Below, piece by piece: positions 11,897-24,028 of a DNA stretch of 64,000 bases. Origin of the DNA: a virus. Lineage: Duplodnaviria > Caudoviricetes. The translations under genes were made by a program, and so were the position numbers. Every line of letters begins with the position of its first letter. Positions within the stretch are counted from its first letter, which is position 1. The notes beneath the pieces are model-generated. The model searched no databases. It was not told where the DNA came from and saw only the letters and a list, made by a program, of their open reading frames with translations. The stretch covers positions 1 to 64,000 of the IMG/VR virus record IMGVR_UViG_3300013936_000019. One strand, 5' to 3'.

Positions 11897-13084
11897 TTAA
11901 GCAAACAGGTCGTCATCATCTCCAAATAAATCATCCGAATCATCTTCAGCAGAAACGTTATGCAAATCATCAGATGTATATACTGTTTCTTTAGCTCCAG
12001 TAGAATAATTTCTTGAGAATTTCTTGAATCTATTTTCAGTTACTCTACTGCCATAGACATTTCCACCCATCTGATGTTTAACATCTTCAAAGTCAACAAG
12101 TCCGCATAAAATTAAGTCCTGTGTTTCAAGATCAAGATCCTCCATCTCGATTTCCTTCATTTCAGAGCCGTCAATCAGGTCAACAATCATGCCAAGTTCC
12201 TTAACGCCATCATCAACGCTCAGAATCTCAACAATCTTCTTCATCTTCTTCTTGTTGTCTTCAACAGGAATTGCGACCGTGTAAGGAGCAAATACATTCT
12301 TTTTCTTATTGCTATCATATACTTGTACATAGCCATTCAGATAATACTTATTCTTTTCTTCTACTACTCCGTCATCCAGTCCGCTCTCATCATAGAATAA
12401 TGTAACTGTTGCTGTTGCAACTGGCTCTGCATCTTTAGCCGCTAAATAAATTCTTGTTGGAGCATAATGAGAATACCACTGGTTCTTGGCTTCGCTGTAT
12501 TCCATTACATATTCGCCCTTGATATTAAACATTCTGTCCTTATACTTTTCAGAAGTTAATACCTTATGTAAATATTCTGCGTAATCCCATTCAGAAATGA
12601 ATTCCTTACGCTTTTTATTACTCTTTTCCAAAACGTCCTTTAACTCATCTGCACTCTTGACGCCGAACTCATCCAATTCATCTTCTGAGAAATCGTGCCC
12701 ATCTTCAAGCTTTTCAATTGCATTCTGAATTTTCCATCTATGTCCAGGTTCTTCTAAATCCACAATAAACTTTTTCCATTCTACGACTTCAGGCAATCTC
12801 TTATGAATTAGTCTTTCCTTAAATGGGATTCTAAATCCTTCTCCCTTAATCTGCTTACCGTTTTCATCAAGTCCGCCTTTGCTGAATACATAGATATCAT
12901 TATGTTCGTCCTCAAACTTACCGCCTCTTGTTCTCAGCATAAATCTATTGTTTCCACTGATAACATTGAAATTCAGTGTACGGTTAATCCAGCCGCTGTT
13001 ATACTTTACTTCTTCATAGCCCTTAAACTTTTCCGTGTCTTTAACAGGAACTAACTTTCCTGTCATATCAAAATTAATTGTCAT
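11897..13084 (-). CDS. probable ssDNA-binding protein (YorF-like)
   Basis: 395 aa with acidic tail DDLFGDDDDLFA; directly upstream of the Sak4-like gene in the replication operon. Confidence 0.5.
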   Translation of the reverse strand: MTINFDMTGKLVPVKDTEKFKGYEEVKYNSGWINRTLNFNVISGNNRFMLRTRGGKFEDEHNDIYVFSKGGLDENGKQIKGEGFRIPFKERLIHKRLPEVVEWKKFIVDLEEPGHRWKIQNAIEKLEDGHDFSEDELDEFGVKSADELKDVLEKSNKKRKEFISEWDYAEYLHKVLTSEKYKDRMFNIKGEYVMEYSEAKNQWYSHYAPTRIYLAAKDAEPVATATVTLFYDESGLDDGVVEEKNKYYLNGYVQVYDSNKKKNVFAPYTVAIPVEDNKKKMKKIVEILSVDDGVKELGMIVDLIDGSEMKEIEMEDLDLETQDLILCGLVDFEDVKHQMGGNVYGSRVTENRFKKFSRNYSTGAKETVYTSDDLHNVSAEDDSDDLFGDDDDLFA

Positions 13085-13106
13085 TCTTTATCCTCCGTAT
13101 ATAATT

Positions 13107-15731
13107 TTACTTAGTTTCTTCAAACCAATCATCTTCTTCATATTTCAAAATATGATCTCCGCCACAGTGATTACACTTTACTAGCTTTGTACTGTAACCA
13201 CTACCGTGCTCATCCCAAAATGTATCTTCTTCATGATACTTAATTAAATGCCCACATTTGTGACAGGTACAATACTTTACCCTGTCTTTTTTCATTTTTC
13301 ATATATCCTCCTGTCCTAATATAGTTTTTTCTGTAATTATTCTACCATTATTAGGATGTTAAGTCAAACAGATATTCGAGAATGTTAATCTTTCCTTAAC
13401 CTTTTTTTAACTTGCTTCCTATATGTTTTACATTTGTCTTCGTTGCAATACTCTTCCTTCCCATTTGCAGGACATCCAAGGCAATTATCTTCATATGAAT
13501 ATGAAAATAAGAAACTAACAAATTGTAATACTGCAAATACAATGGCAATAGGAAACAAAATAATGTCTAATATAATATCACTCATGTGTTTCATATTTTA
13601 TTTTTCTTCATTAATTACAATACCACCATGGATAATAACTCGTTTGCCACTTTCATCATCAAAGTAAACTTCGTTTTCAGATTCTGATACATCAAATTTC
13701 CCAGTCCATGATTTAATCTCATTGCCATTATAATCATAGACAGTAACAGTTCTATGAAGACCGTTCCCAATATCAGACACAATAGACTTCCATTGCCTTG
13801 AGCATCCCGAACATCCTGTAAGCATCGGCGTTAATAAAATTGTTACTACAAATAATCCGTGTTTAATCTTCTGATCCATTTTTCTTCTCCATATCTTTAA
13901 TAATCATTTCTGCAGTATGCACTACTCTTTCGAGCCTTTCATTTAATGTTATACTGTTTTCATTAGCCAGCAGTAATAAATCAATTAATTCATTTTTTGT
14001 GAATTTCTTTAGCGTAGCTCTAGAATACATCTTCCTACCTAGGCGGCCAAAGTAACTAGGAGTGTTCATGTTTCTTCATACTCCCTTTTGATCTGCTCAT
14101 AAATTTCTTTCCCTTTGGTTTCTGCTTCTTCTTTTGTGCGGAAGCAGTTACCAGCTTTCCAAAAAGTTAAATCTACAGAATCATTTCTCCATATATGACG
14201 ATTTACAGCAAAAGCTGATGTATAAGCAGCATACCAATATACCTCATTGTATTTTGGCTTAAACGGAATCTTTACTACATCAAGTTCACCTGTTAGTAAA
14301 TTGTTTAGAACAGCGGGCAAATCATTAAAAAAATCACCCACAAACACAAAGTTTTCATTAGTAAATTTGAATTTTTTCGGTGAAATATAACCACTAACAT
14401 CTTTTACTTTAAATTCTTCACCTACTTCAACGCCCAACATATGGGCAACCTGTTCCATGTAATTCATTTTTTCTCCTTAATCTACCATCGTTGCTATTAA
14501 AATTGCTGTCGTCACCATAGTAACAATAGTTAATGACCAGAATGCAATGTCAAATGCCAGCTTCATTTGTTCCCTCTCTTAGTCAGTTCAAGAACTCTCC
14601 AGTGAGTGTCTTCTACTTTACCATTCAGCTTCTCATGATCATTTAAAAGATTTACAATAACATCAGCCTCACCGTCAATTCTTGTGCTTAATTCCTCAAT
14701 GGCTTTGTCCTCTACCTTCATTCTTTTTAAAATTCCATCAACTCTAACTTCTAAATTGCTAAGCCGTGAATTAATGTCTTTAATTTCATTAATAAAATAT
14801 AATAAGAATAAATCTCCAATAATAACTGCCAGCACTAATACACCCATAATAACTTCTTCTGAAATCATATCTTTTTTCTCCTTTTCTTTTTAACTAATTC
14901 AATATCTATTATATTTTTTTGAAAATCAACCTTGTAATCTAGCAAACTGCCCCGGTCTCCTTTAATAACTCCGTCTGAAATATCATTGGTCAACCACCAC
15001 GAGTCATTGTTCATTCCCCACCAGCTTTTTTTAAACAGTTCATATCCATTATCTGTTTTAAGCATCGCAATAAATGACCATAGTAGTCGTTCGCCATAAT
15101 TATTACGTGTTAACTTATATTCAGTCATCTGTTCTGTTAACCGCCACAATTGACATTGTAAAAACTGCGCATGTTGCTCCAACTAATGCTCCAAGAATAA
15201 AATTAAACATCTGTCTTCTCACTTTCTAGCCATTCCATAATAGCATTTATTTCTGATTTTCTTGTTTTAATAGTATCTAATTTTTCACCAGTCTTCTTAC
15301 TTTCAATTTCAATAGCATATTCTTGCCAATAAGAAGGATAAATAATAATAAAATGTAAATCTGTTAAGTCATAAATATCTTTGTTCTTCACCTTTCTCAC
15401 CTCTATAATTTTAAATAGTATACAAGCAGTACTACATTGTACCGCTTGTATGTAAATACATTGACCATTTATCTCCCGTTATATAATAGCCATTTAACAC
15501 TGAATCATATTCGTAATTTAATACATCATTCATATTGAGCTTAACTACTGTCCAGCCTGTTTCGATTTTAATTTGGCTTGAACTTAATTCAACGTCATAA
15601 CTATTTAGCAACGTTGAGCACTCAATTCTATCATCCTTAAAATAAAACAAGACATATTCATCACTCTCTAAAATTTTTTGTAGCGAATTTAATAAATCAT
15701 TTTGCATTCGCCTCATCCTCCCTTTTATCAT
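13107..15731 (-). other. cluster of small hypothetical genes (13107-13295 Zn-ribbon, 13385-13594, 13598-13879 lipoprotein, 13863-14069, 14066-14467, 14563-14868, 14865-15182, 15203-15400, 15432-15731)
   Basis: Packed same-strand ORFs; 13598-13879 has an LTGC lipobox. Confidence 0.65.
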
Positions 15732-15810
15732 TTGTGAATCTATTTAGATTTTATACTGAAAACTGTAATTTGTCTATAAAATTTAGTAAAAAATTAAAAG
15801 ACTACCAATT

Positions 15811-16728
15811 CTATAGGTAGTCTGCATATTTTAACCAAAAATTACTTTTAACAACTTTTGTGTTAAATCTATATTCAACTTCTTCAATGTGTGCCGAATA
15901 AATATATTCTTTAGTAGTCATCCCCAATTCTTGTGACCTTTGTTTTATCATATGAATTTTGCCTGAATCAAAAATATTATTTGCAGATATAAATTTAATA
16001 ACGCCAACATACTTTAAGCTTCTGGCAATGCTGTTATAAATAACACGCCCACGAATAAAATCTGATGTATCTTCTCTAGTATTTGGATAATCTTTAATAA
16101 CATATCCCCTGTCCACAAGAGTCATTGTTTTTACTAAGCTTCCACTAACGCTATAATAAATATTTTCTCTGATACTTTCTCTTATGTAATTTAATAATCT
16201 ATCTGAAATTACAATTTCTCTTCCATTATGTAAAGTTATTTTATTCCCATTAACATCAATTGGCCTAAGATTAACAAAATCACAAAAATCTTTGCCCTTC
16301 ATTCCCTCAAATAATCCAAGCAATATAACTTGATCTCTTGGATTTGGTAGCTGTTCGCTCCATTTAACAACCTCTTCTCTAGAAACAACTTTTTTATTTA
16401 ATAATGCTTTGTTCAAGCACCCTTTCATTATATCAAGATCTATTAATAAAAAATGATTTTGATTATCTTTTACTAGATTTTGTTGCAGGCACCAATCTAC
16501 ATATAAAGATAAATGAGAATTAAGGACAGCCAACACTTCAAGAGACGAAACGTTTAAAGATTTATAGAAATCTATAATTTCATTCACTGTGAAGTTATAA
16601 ACATCTTTACCTAACTCATTCTCTGCCTTTTCTAGTTTATTAAATTGGCACTCAAGATAATTAACTGGCAATACAGCCTGATTACTCTTTTCTTCTATAT
16701 ACCTTGTTTTTAATTCTGAATTAAACAT
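15811..16728 (-). CDS. mrpR: MrpR/YopR-like master repressor (degenerate tyrosine-recombinase fold)
   Basis: MFNSELK..., KDVYNFT, LSLYVDW and LLGLFEG resemble SPbeta YopR as recalled; lacks the R-HxxR-Y catalytic set; third gene of a yopP-yopQ-yopR-like triad. Confidence 0.75.
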   Translation of the reverse strand: MFNSELKTRYIEEKSNQAVLPVNYLECQFNKLEKAENELGKDVYNFTVNEIIDFYKSLNVSSLEVLAVLNSHLSLYVDWCLQQNLVKDNQNHFLLIDLDIMKGCLNKALLNKKVVSREEVVKWSEQLPNPRDQVILLGLFEGMKGKDFCDFVNLRPIDVNGNKITLHNGREIVISDRLLNYIRESIRENIYYSVSGSLVKTMTLVDRGYVIKDYPNTREDTSDFIRGRVIYNSIARSLKYVGVIKFISANNIFDSGKIHMIKQRSQELGMTTKEYIYSAHIEEVEYRFNTKVVKSNFWLKYADYL

Positions 16729-17983
16729 CCGTCATCACGTCCTTAAATAATTTTTCTAAGTCATTAACCATGGCTTTTCTTGGGATTTTTGAAGAAAATC
16801 TTTTGTTGTCTAGATCATTTTCTCTTTGCGTCATTTTTTCTATTATACTGCCGAGATTGGAAAGATCTTCATGGTGACTAAATACATATATAATAATAGC
16901 AAGTTTTTTATATGAATATTTTTCGCTCATGTATTTTGTGTCGTATTCGGTTAGCACATTGAATTTTTCTATTAAATCTTTAGTAACAGAAAGTACCAAC
17001 ATATTTTCATTTTGAATTTTTTCTTTATTTCTAAAATAGAAATATCTAATTAATTCTGCCAGCTCTCCATAATTAATTATAGCTTTATTTCTATTAATAC
17101 ATCCTTTAATATTGCAACGAGGACTTTCATTTATTCTTTCAACAACAATATTTGCTGGATTATCCATGTTAAATGATTTGCTGTCCAGCTTTTTCATTTG
17201 AGTCTTTTGATCCTCCTGATATATAAATCTATTTACTTTATCATCGGAGAAGTTTATGATTCTTAATTCCATAGGATAATTAAATTCATTGTCATTATCA
17301 TAAGCTTTATAAGCGGCTATAATTCTATGAAATCCGTCACTGGCATCAAAATGTTTTAATTCATTTATAATAAGTTCATCTGTTTTATTATCATAATAAA
17401 AATCAGCACCATCTGCTAGATTCAATGTAATAGTATTTGGTATAAATGAATTTCTTTCAAACGAATTTTTAATAGAAGCAACTGCTGTTTGATTCAGTGA
17501 AATTTTATATATTTCCTTGTCTCCTCTTATAATCTTTGTAAGAACACGTTGTGCGTTTTCGTTATAGTTAATTAGCTGTGCCTCTCTTAATTTAATCAAC
17601 ATGGCAACATCAATCTTACCAACCCACTGATCCGCTGTAATTTGAATCATCTTAAATTTTAGTGGAAATTTTATTTTCTCTATCTCATATTTTGCTCTTG
17701 AATATTCTTTTATTTCCAGCTCTGTATAATAATCAGATAAGTTTAATTTAATATTGACAACATCAATTATAGAATCCAGCAAACAGAATAATATAAATTC
17801 ATTTGCCTCGCTCATGGACGACCTCATACAAATGTAATCAGATGCCATTCCTCTTGGAATGTTATATTTTTCTTTTGCGTGGTCATATATTTTACCACAC
17901 ATATTTGAGTCTAATGCTAGACTGATACATATTTTTTCTAATTTATTTTCTAATTCTTCTTTACTTCCTTTCAAACAACTCAC
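16721..17983 (-). CDS. YopQ/SroE-like protein with ParB/DndB-type DGxHR domain
   Basis: NENAQR, PNTITLN and SDGFHR motifs; sits between yopP- and yopR-like genes. Confidence 0.7.
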   Translation of the reverse strand: MSCLKGSKEELENKLEKICISLALDSNMCGKIYDHAKEKYNIPRGMASDYICMRSSMSEANEFILFCLLDSIIDVVNIKLNLSDYYTELEIKEYSRAKYEIEKIKFPLKFKMIQITADQWVGKIDVAMLIKLREAQLINYNENAQRVLTKIIRGDKEIYKISLNQTAVASIKNSFERNSFIPNTITLNLADGADFYYDNKTDELIINELKHFDASDGFHRIIAAYKAYDNDNEFNYPMELRIINFSDDKVNRFIYQEDQKTQMKKLDSKSFNMDNPANIVVERINESPRCNIKGCINRNKAIINYGELAELIRYFYFRNKEKIQNENMLVLSVTKDLIEKFNVLTEYDTKYMSEKYSYKKLAIIIYVFSHHEDLSNLGSIIEKMTQRENDLDNKRFSSKIPRKAMVNDLEKLFKDVMTDV

Positions 17984-18078
17984 CTCAAATTATATAATTT
18001 AGTAAAGTTTAAGAAATGCCCCAAGACTTTCCATAAAAAGATTTTTTACCTAATGTTTACCAACAGGCTCCTTTAACA

Positions 18079-18107
18079 ATTATAATCGTTAGATATCTTA
18101 TAGTCAA
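18079..18107 (-). promoter_or_regulatory. near-consensus sigma-A promoter for yopQ-mrpR
   Basis: TTGACT-17 bp-TATAAT. Confidence 0.75.
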
Positions 18108-18111
18108 TAAA

Positions 18112-18146
18112 TAAAAAAGAATGAGCAAATTAACGCTCACTCTTTT
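18112..18146. terminator. intrinsic terminator after the recombinase gene
   Basis: Imperfect stem AAAAGAATGAGC...GCTCACTCTTTT with flanking A tract. Confidence 0.55.
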
Positions 18147-19128
18147 AGAATAAAATATCATCCATTGCAGTAGCTGCTTTTTTCTTTCTTTCTTCAGAAA
18201 TCTGTGCGTATCTTCTTGTGTTGGCAATGTTACTATGACCAAGAATATCTGCTGTAAGATAAATATCTCCAGTTTTATTGTACACATTTGTTGCACATGT
18301 ACTACGAAGCTTGTGTGGTGTAATATGTTTATCAATGTTCTGTGTATACTTTTTAATTAAATTTTCAATTCCAAAAATAGTAATTCTAGTATGCCTATTA
18401 GAAATGAACAAAGCAGAAGTATTTTCACATTCATCTCCAAGAATATATTTTCTATTCTCAATCCAATCTAATAAGACAGACTTTAAATCATCACTAAACA
18501 TGATTGTTCTAGTTTTGTTACCTTTTTCTACAATTGTTATTTCTTTTGTATCAAAATTAATATCTTCAAGATTAATTTCAGATAATGAAGTTGCTCTAAG
18601 ACCTAAAGACAATCCAAGCATAACAATGGCATAATCTCTTTTTCTCCACTTTTGCTGAATTAATTTTGCACGTTCAGAACCGCATCCGTTAAAAATATTT
18701 TTCTTAATGATACTGATTTCTTTTTTTGTTAAACTTGTAATCGTGTGTTCTTCTTTTTCTCTTGGAGCAGTGACTCGTAAACAAGGATTATTTGAAATAT
18801 ATTCATCATCTTCTAAAAATTTAAAGAATGTTTTGATACCATATAACCTACATCTTTTAATGCTTGTTTTGCCATTTAACCCAGCCAAATAATAGTCAAT
18901 GTCACTTTTCTTGATGTTATTAAAACATGAAACATTTGATGTATCTAAATTTAGTTCATCACGAATAAATTCAATAAAATCCAAAATATAATTGATATAA
19001 GTATCTTTAGTTGTGTAACTCTTATCATCTAAAGTATAATAATATTTTTTAATATACGTTGGCTGAGAAGCAATTTTAGCTTCAATTTTTCTTAACTTCT
19101 TTTCTTCGTTTTCTTTTCTGCCCTTCAT
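18145..19128 (-). CDS. XerC/D-like tyrosine recombinase (YopP/SroD-like)
   Basis: GLR, KG, HKLR, LGH and TRRY catalytic residues all present. Confidence 0.85.
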   Translation of the reverse strand: MKGRKENEEKKLRKIEAKIASQPTYIKKYYYTLDDKSYTTKDTYINYILDFIEFIRDELNLDTSNVSCFNNIKKSDIDYYLAGLNGKTSIKRCRLYGIKTFFKFLEDDEYISNNPCLRVTAPREKEEHTITSLTKKEISIIKKNIFNGCGSERAKLIQQKWRKRDYAIVMLGLSLGLRATSLSEINLEDINFDTKEITIVEKGNKTRTIMFSDDLKSVLLDWIENRKYILGDECENTSALFISNRHTRITIFGIENLIKKYTQNIDKHITPHKLRSTCATNVYNKTGDIYLTADILGHSNIANTRRYAQISEERKKKAATAMDDILF

Positions 19129-19141
19129 ATTATCGCCCCCA

Positions 19142-19788
19142 TTAAATGCTTAATCTTTTTAATCCACCATAAGTAAACTGATGAAATATAATATCTCTTC
19201 TGATAATTGCAATCTTATCTTCTCTATTATCTACTGAAATTTTCAATAACTCTTCAGCCTGTTCAATAATATCTTGTAAATCAGAAAGTTTTTCTTCCCA
19301 TTTATCATAATACGAACCATAATTAAACGGTTCTGAACACTCTATAGTTTCTTTTCTTTCGTTTAAACATTCAATAATATTCTCAATGGTTATTGTATCG
19401 TTTGGTTCCAAGCCTTTAACTGCATCTAATAATTTCATATATTACTCCCTTTGTTTATTGCTATTTTACATTCATTCTAATTTTATTTCTTATAATTTTT
19501 TCTATATCCATATATTATCATACCATTAATTTCTCCAATTTTATATTCATCTGGATTGTTTTTTAAATACCGTTTTTCTTTCTCCGAAAGATTTTCTTCT
19601 TTATTCATTTCTATTATATCATTTCTGTTCTCTGGAAGTTTACTGCGTTCTTCCTTTTCTTTCACATCCTGCTCATACTTAAACAATTGGTAAATTGTCC
19701 AAGCTCCAACTGCGACCCAGCCCATACAGAAAAAACATACAAAATACATGAGCCAGCTTAAAAATCTTGATCTTTTAATATCATTCAT
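19142..19788 (-). other. two hypothetical genes (19142-19438; 19483-19788 membrane-anchored)
   Basis: ORFs with RBS-like sequences; the second has an N-terminal hydrophobic helix. Confidence 0.6.
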
Positions 19789-19856
19789 GATATCACCCTT
19801 TCTAATGTCACACGGACATCATACACATCACTCCTTTCTAAAATCAATTTTTTTAT

Positions 19857-20060
19857 TTAATAATATCTACTTCCATCATACATTTCTACAAAATCTCTTG
19901 ATCTAATTTCTTTTGTCTTTACAACCTTTTTACAGAAAGGGCAATATAAATCTTTAATATGTCCCTTACATCTTCTCTTTGACTTTGGTCTTGGAAGCGG
20001 AAACTTATTGCCACATTCCGGACAAACAAAATTAGAAATTTCAAACTTATTACCTGTCAT
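19857..20060 (-). CDS. small basic Zn-ribbon protein resembling ribosomal protein bL33
   Basis: FVCPECG...KDLYCPFCKKVVKTKEIR parallels the bL33 pattern CxxC...KKYCPxCxxxTxHKE. Confidence 0.4.
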   Translation of the reverse strand: MTGNKFEISNFVCPECGNKFPLPRPKSKRRCKGHIKDLYCPFCKKVVKTKEIRSRDFVEMYDGSRYY

Positions 20061-20072
20061 ACATATTTCTCC

Positions 20073-23000
20073 TTAGTTAACCTTTCTTAATTGCATAAAT
20101 CCTTTTGCATTAATACTCTTCTTGCTTCCATCGGCAAGATAAAACCAGTTGCCTTTAATCTCACCAACAGCCTTACATTTTGTTGCTTTTGGATGTTTTC
20201 TTGTGCCACTCCATTCAAGATATTCGCATTCCCATTTTTCAATTTCCAACTCCTGTTTTTTTACTTTCTTTCTTTCGTTAATCATCTTTTGAACTTTTTC
20301 ATTAGTCAGTTCAGAAAGTTTATCTTCCCTAAATTCATAGAAGTTTGTACGATTACAATATGATGACGTATGATGCCAAGACGAAATATAGATAAATAAA
20401 TCTTTTAACTGTTTAACTGTCAACTTGTTAATCAAGTCAACAGAAAGATTGTATTTATCAACACATTCATTTACGCATCTCATTATTTCACTCTTAGTCC
20501 ATTTTGATAATGGCATCTCACCATTTTCATAAGCAGATACAGCACGATTGCTCATGCTGTATCCTGTATATCCACTATTCATATTCGTCATATTATCTTT
20601 CTCCCATTAAGACACAAGTTCTTTTATATTCCGGATGACTCTCAAGAATTTCAATAATCTTTCTTTCTGAAAGTCCACTGCAGATTTCAATAATTTCATT
20701 TAATTCATTAACAATGACACTAACATATTCCATTTTATTCACTTCCTTTATTATAATTTTAAATAGTTAAATAGCTTTATTCATTCTTTTTTCAAATGCT
20801 TCTTTATACTTCTTAAATGTTTCAACTTCATCATATCCCATATCAGATAGGATTTTTAATCTTTCCTCATCACTTATAATTTTAATTACTTTAATATCAC
20901 TTGTTATCACCCAGTTTCCCTTTCCTACTTCTCTAAAAATATAATAACCATCTTCTGGAACTTTATCTACAAAACATTTCTTTGGAAGCTCAGCAACTTC
21001 ATCATCATAACAATGATTACTATTATATCCTACTAAGCACCACACTCTCTTACCATGTTTAAATCTTGGCTTATAATATCCAATATCAGAACCATCATAA
21101 CTCTTTAACCAGGGAGCATCAGGGAGCTCTCCTATATGCCACCCTCCACGAGCTGCGAATCCTTTTGTTGGAATAAATTCTGCATGAATCCATTCTCCAA
21201 TCGGAATTGGATTATTCTTATCAATAAACAGTGGGAATAATTCACCTTCTGGATTCATTTCAAATAATTTGTAACCATACATAATTAATACACTCCTTTA
21301 TAATTTTAATTATTTAATTCTTTTTTTTTGAAATAACTTTATTTACACTCTTGATTATTCCATCATCACTCATATCTCTCTTAAGACAATACTTAATGAG
21401 TTCAAGCATCTTTTCATTTGGATAATTTACAAACTTATATTCAAATTCTATTGATGCTCTTTCTGTAAATATATATCTTCTTACTGCATACAGAATCCAA
21501 TTAGCAAACTTATTATCCTCTTTATATTCCATACATGTTTTTTGTAACACAAACAATTTATCATCAATCTGATTTCTATTCGCCGTTTTATTCATTTAAT
21601 TCTCCTTTAGACATTCTTTTAAAAATCTATGTCCAAGCTCTCTGGCATCCTTGAATCTTTCAAATGGAATCTTTGTCTTAACTAAATACATGGCACAATC
21701 TTGCTTTCTGTCCAGTGCTGTTATACTCATGCCACTGTATAAATCTGTGATAAACCATTTGTCGTTTCTTTTATCAATTCCAAAACCGTCATCAGTTACA
21801 TATCCTTTTACATTCTGTACACAATAATCATCCAACTCTGCGCTTGTAATATCACGAACAATTATATTAAAATTACCCTTCTTCATATCTTTCTTTCTCC
21901 TATAAATTAAATAATTCAATCAATGCACTGCACATTGCATTTTCTAATTTATCCTTCCAGTTGTCATCGCTAAAATCAATCTCATAGTGAATATATTTCT
22001 CAGAATTAGCATAAATAGTTTTCTCTTCTTTATTATATTCATCAACATAAATAGCACTGTGATTCTCACCATCTTCAACACAATAATTATATTCAACGCC
22101 AATATCATCATCAATCCAACAATATGCACATCCCCATTCATCTGTTTCAACTCCGTTATAATCTTCGCCAATGTTAAATTCAAAATTATATTTATTACCA
22201 TTTTTTAATTCTTCTACTGTCATTTTCTTTCCCTCTTCTTTCTTTTAAATTATCAATAACTTTTTGATGAGATTATTCATCTTTATTGTTAGTATCATAG
22301 TAATTTTCTAGAAAATCATTTATTTCAGCAACGCTCTCACATTCTCTAAAGTCGCCACATACATCAACAATCCAATAGATATCCATACCATTATCTTTTT
22401 CAACAATAGTACACGGATTATAATTGTCATATACCCATGTGGCTTTATCAGTTAAATCAGAATAATGTAATCTTGTATTGACACTACCAAATTTTTTACT
22501 TTTCATTTTTGCTTTTCTCCAACTCTTTGATTTCTTTTTCTAATTCTGCAATTTCTTTGCTTGTCTCTCTATCAATATCATAATTTTCTGATGTCCATCT
22601 ATCAATCATCTTGTTCATAAAATTCTTTGTTTCAACTTCATCAAGTTTTTTCTTTAATGTTTCCAACTTTTTCTCTTTTGTATTTCCCATTTTCTTTCTC
22701 CTCTTACCAAATTTCTAATGGCTTGTTTGCATGTTCAATTAAACTATATGACGCTCCATCGTAATTCTCAATAAACTCAACGATTTCTGATTCAACATTT
22801 AATTTAAACATTTCATAACTTGGATATATATTTACAGTTCCACCGCCTACATAATCATAAGGAACTCCATCCTTTGAATGCCCATATCCTGTATCTTCAT
22901 GACCCACATATAAATCCCAATCAAGATACCCTGCATCTTCGTCTTCTCTCAAAGTAAAATCAATGCAAAGATCTCCTACTCTAACGAATCCAACTGTATC

Positions 23001-23444
23001 GCATTTGTGGAAATCTGTAAGAAAAAAATTATATTTTTCTTCGCTAAATTCGCTCCAATCAAACTTGAATTGAATCCATTTCCATTTTTTCTTTTTAACA
23101 TCTTCCATTGTTAAATCATATTCTTCTTCAGTAAGATATGAATAAGACTCTAGGAAATCTTCTTTATTCATTTCAAAGAAGTCTAATATTTTTTCTTTAT
23201 CATCAATAAAGCTTTCATAATGCTCTTCCTTTTTAATATCAATTGCAATCCTATCATGATAAGGAATAATAAACTGCACATTTGCATTCCATACATCATT
23301 TGGAACAAATTCAAAGTTTATTGTATGTGGTTTGATTGAATAGCATTTGCCATTTCTTTCAATCCCATTGCATTCATAGACAATAATTTCAACATAGTTG
23401 TCCAACATCTTGCATAATAATTCATTTAGTTTCATCTTTAACAC
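20073..23444 (-). other. cluster of early hypothetical genes (20073-20591, 20767-21282, 21314-21595, 21596-21886, 21900-22223, 22273-22506, 22496-22690, 22704-23444)
   Basis: Packed same-strand ORFs with RBSs. Confidence 0.65.
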
Positions 23445-23458
23445 TCTCCTTTATAATT

Positions 23459-24028
23459 TTAAATAACTTTAATGTACTGCTTGGTATCTTTCTTATCCCA
23501 AACAAACCAACTATAACTTGTTGCATCCGTCCCCTTACCTGTAAAGCTTGGACGTTTACTTAAAGTAAACAGCCTGCTCAATGGATTCTCTTGCCAGAAT
23601 TTATACCTGGACTTGCTTTCTAGAAACGCCGTCCTAAGCAAGAAAATCAGAATACCATCATCACTCAATAGCTCAAGTGATTTATTCACAAACTCTAGTG
23701 CTTCACTATACGGCGGATTTCCAATGATTACATCATATTTATCATTGAACTTTGTTTCTAAAAAATCTCCAATCAATACTTTGCCAGCACATTGTTTCAG
23801 ATTATCAACCTCCTCCTCTCTAATTTCCATCGCTGTAATTTTCTTGTTTGGATAGTGCTCCTTGAACACTTGAACAATGTTACCATTGCCAGCACTTGGT
23901 TCAAGTACATTATCACCATATTCAGACAAGTCCAAGTTGTTTAACACATTTTCTACAACATCAACTGGCGTTGCATAGAAGTCGTGCGGTTTTCTCACGG
24001 TTCCTCTATTTGTAGCACTCATAATCAT
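23459..24028 (-). CDS. DNA N6-adenine methyltransferase (orphan, small)
   Basis: DFYATP, VLEPSAGNG (SAM binding), GDFL, and IGNPPY catalytic motif. Confidence 0.88.
   Translation of the reverse strand: MIMSATNRGTVRKPHDFYATPVDVVENVLNNLDLSEYGDNVLEPSAGNGNIVQVFKEHYPNKKITAMEIREEEVDNLKQCAGKVLIGDFLETKFNDKYDVIIGNPPYSEALEFVNKSLELLSDDGILIFLLRTAFLESKSRYKFWQENPLSRLFTLSKRPSFTGKGTDATSYSWFVWDKKDTKQYIKVI

Noticed and set aside
18145-19128. Prophage integrase with an adjacent attP site
   Set aside because: No att-like junction or host genes flank it, and its context matches the YopP regulatory position. A Xer-like resolvase role is not excluded.
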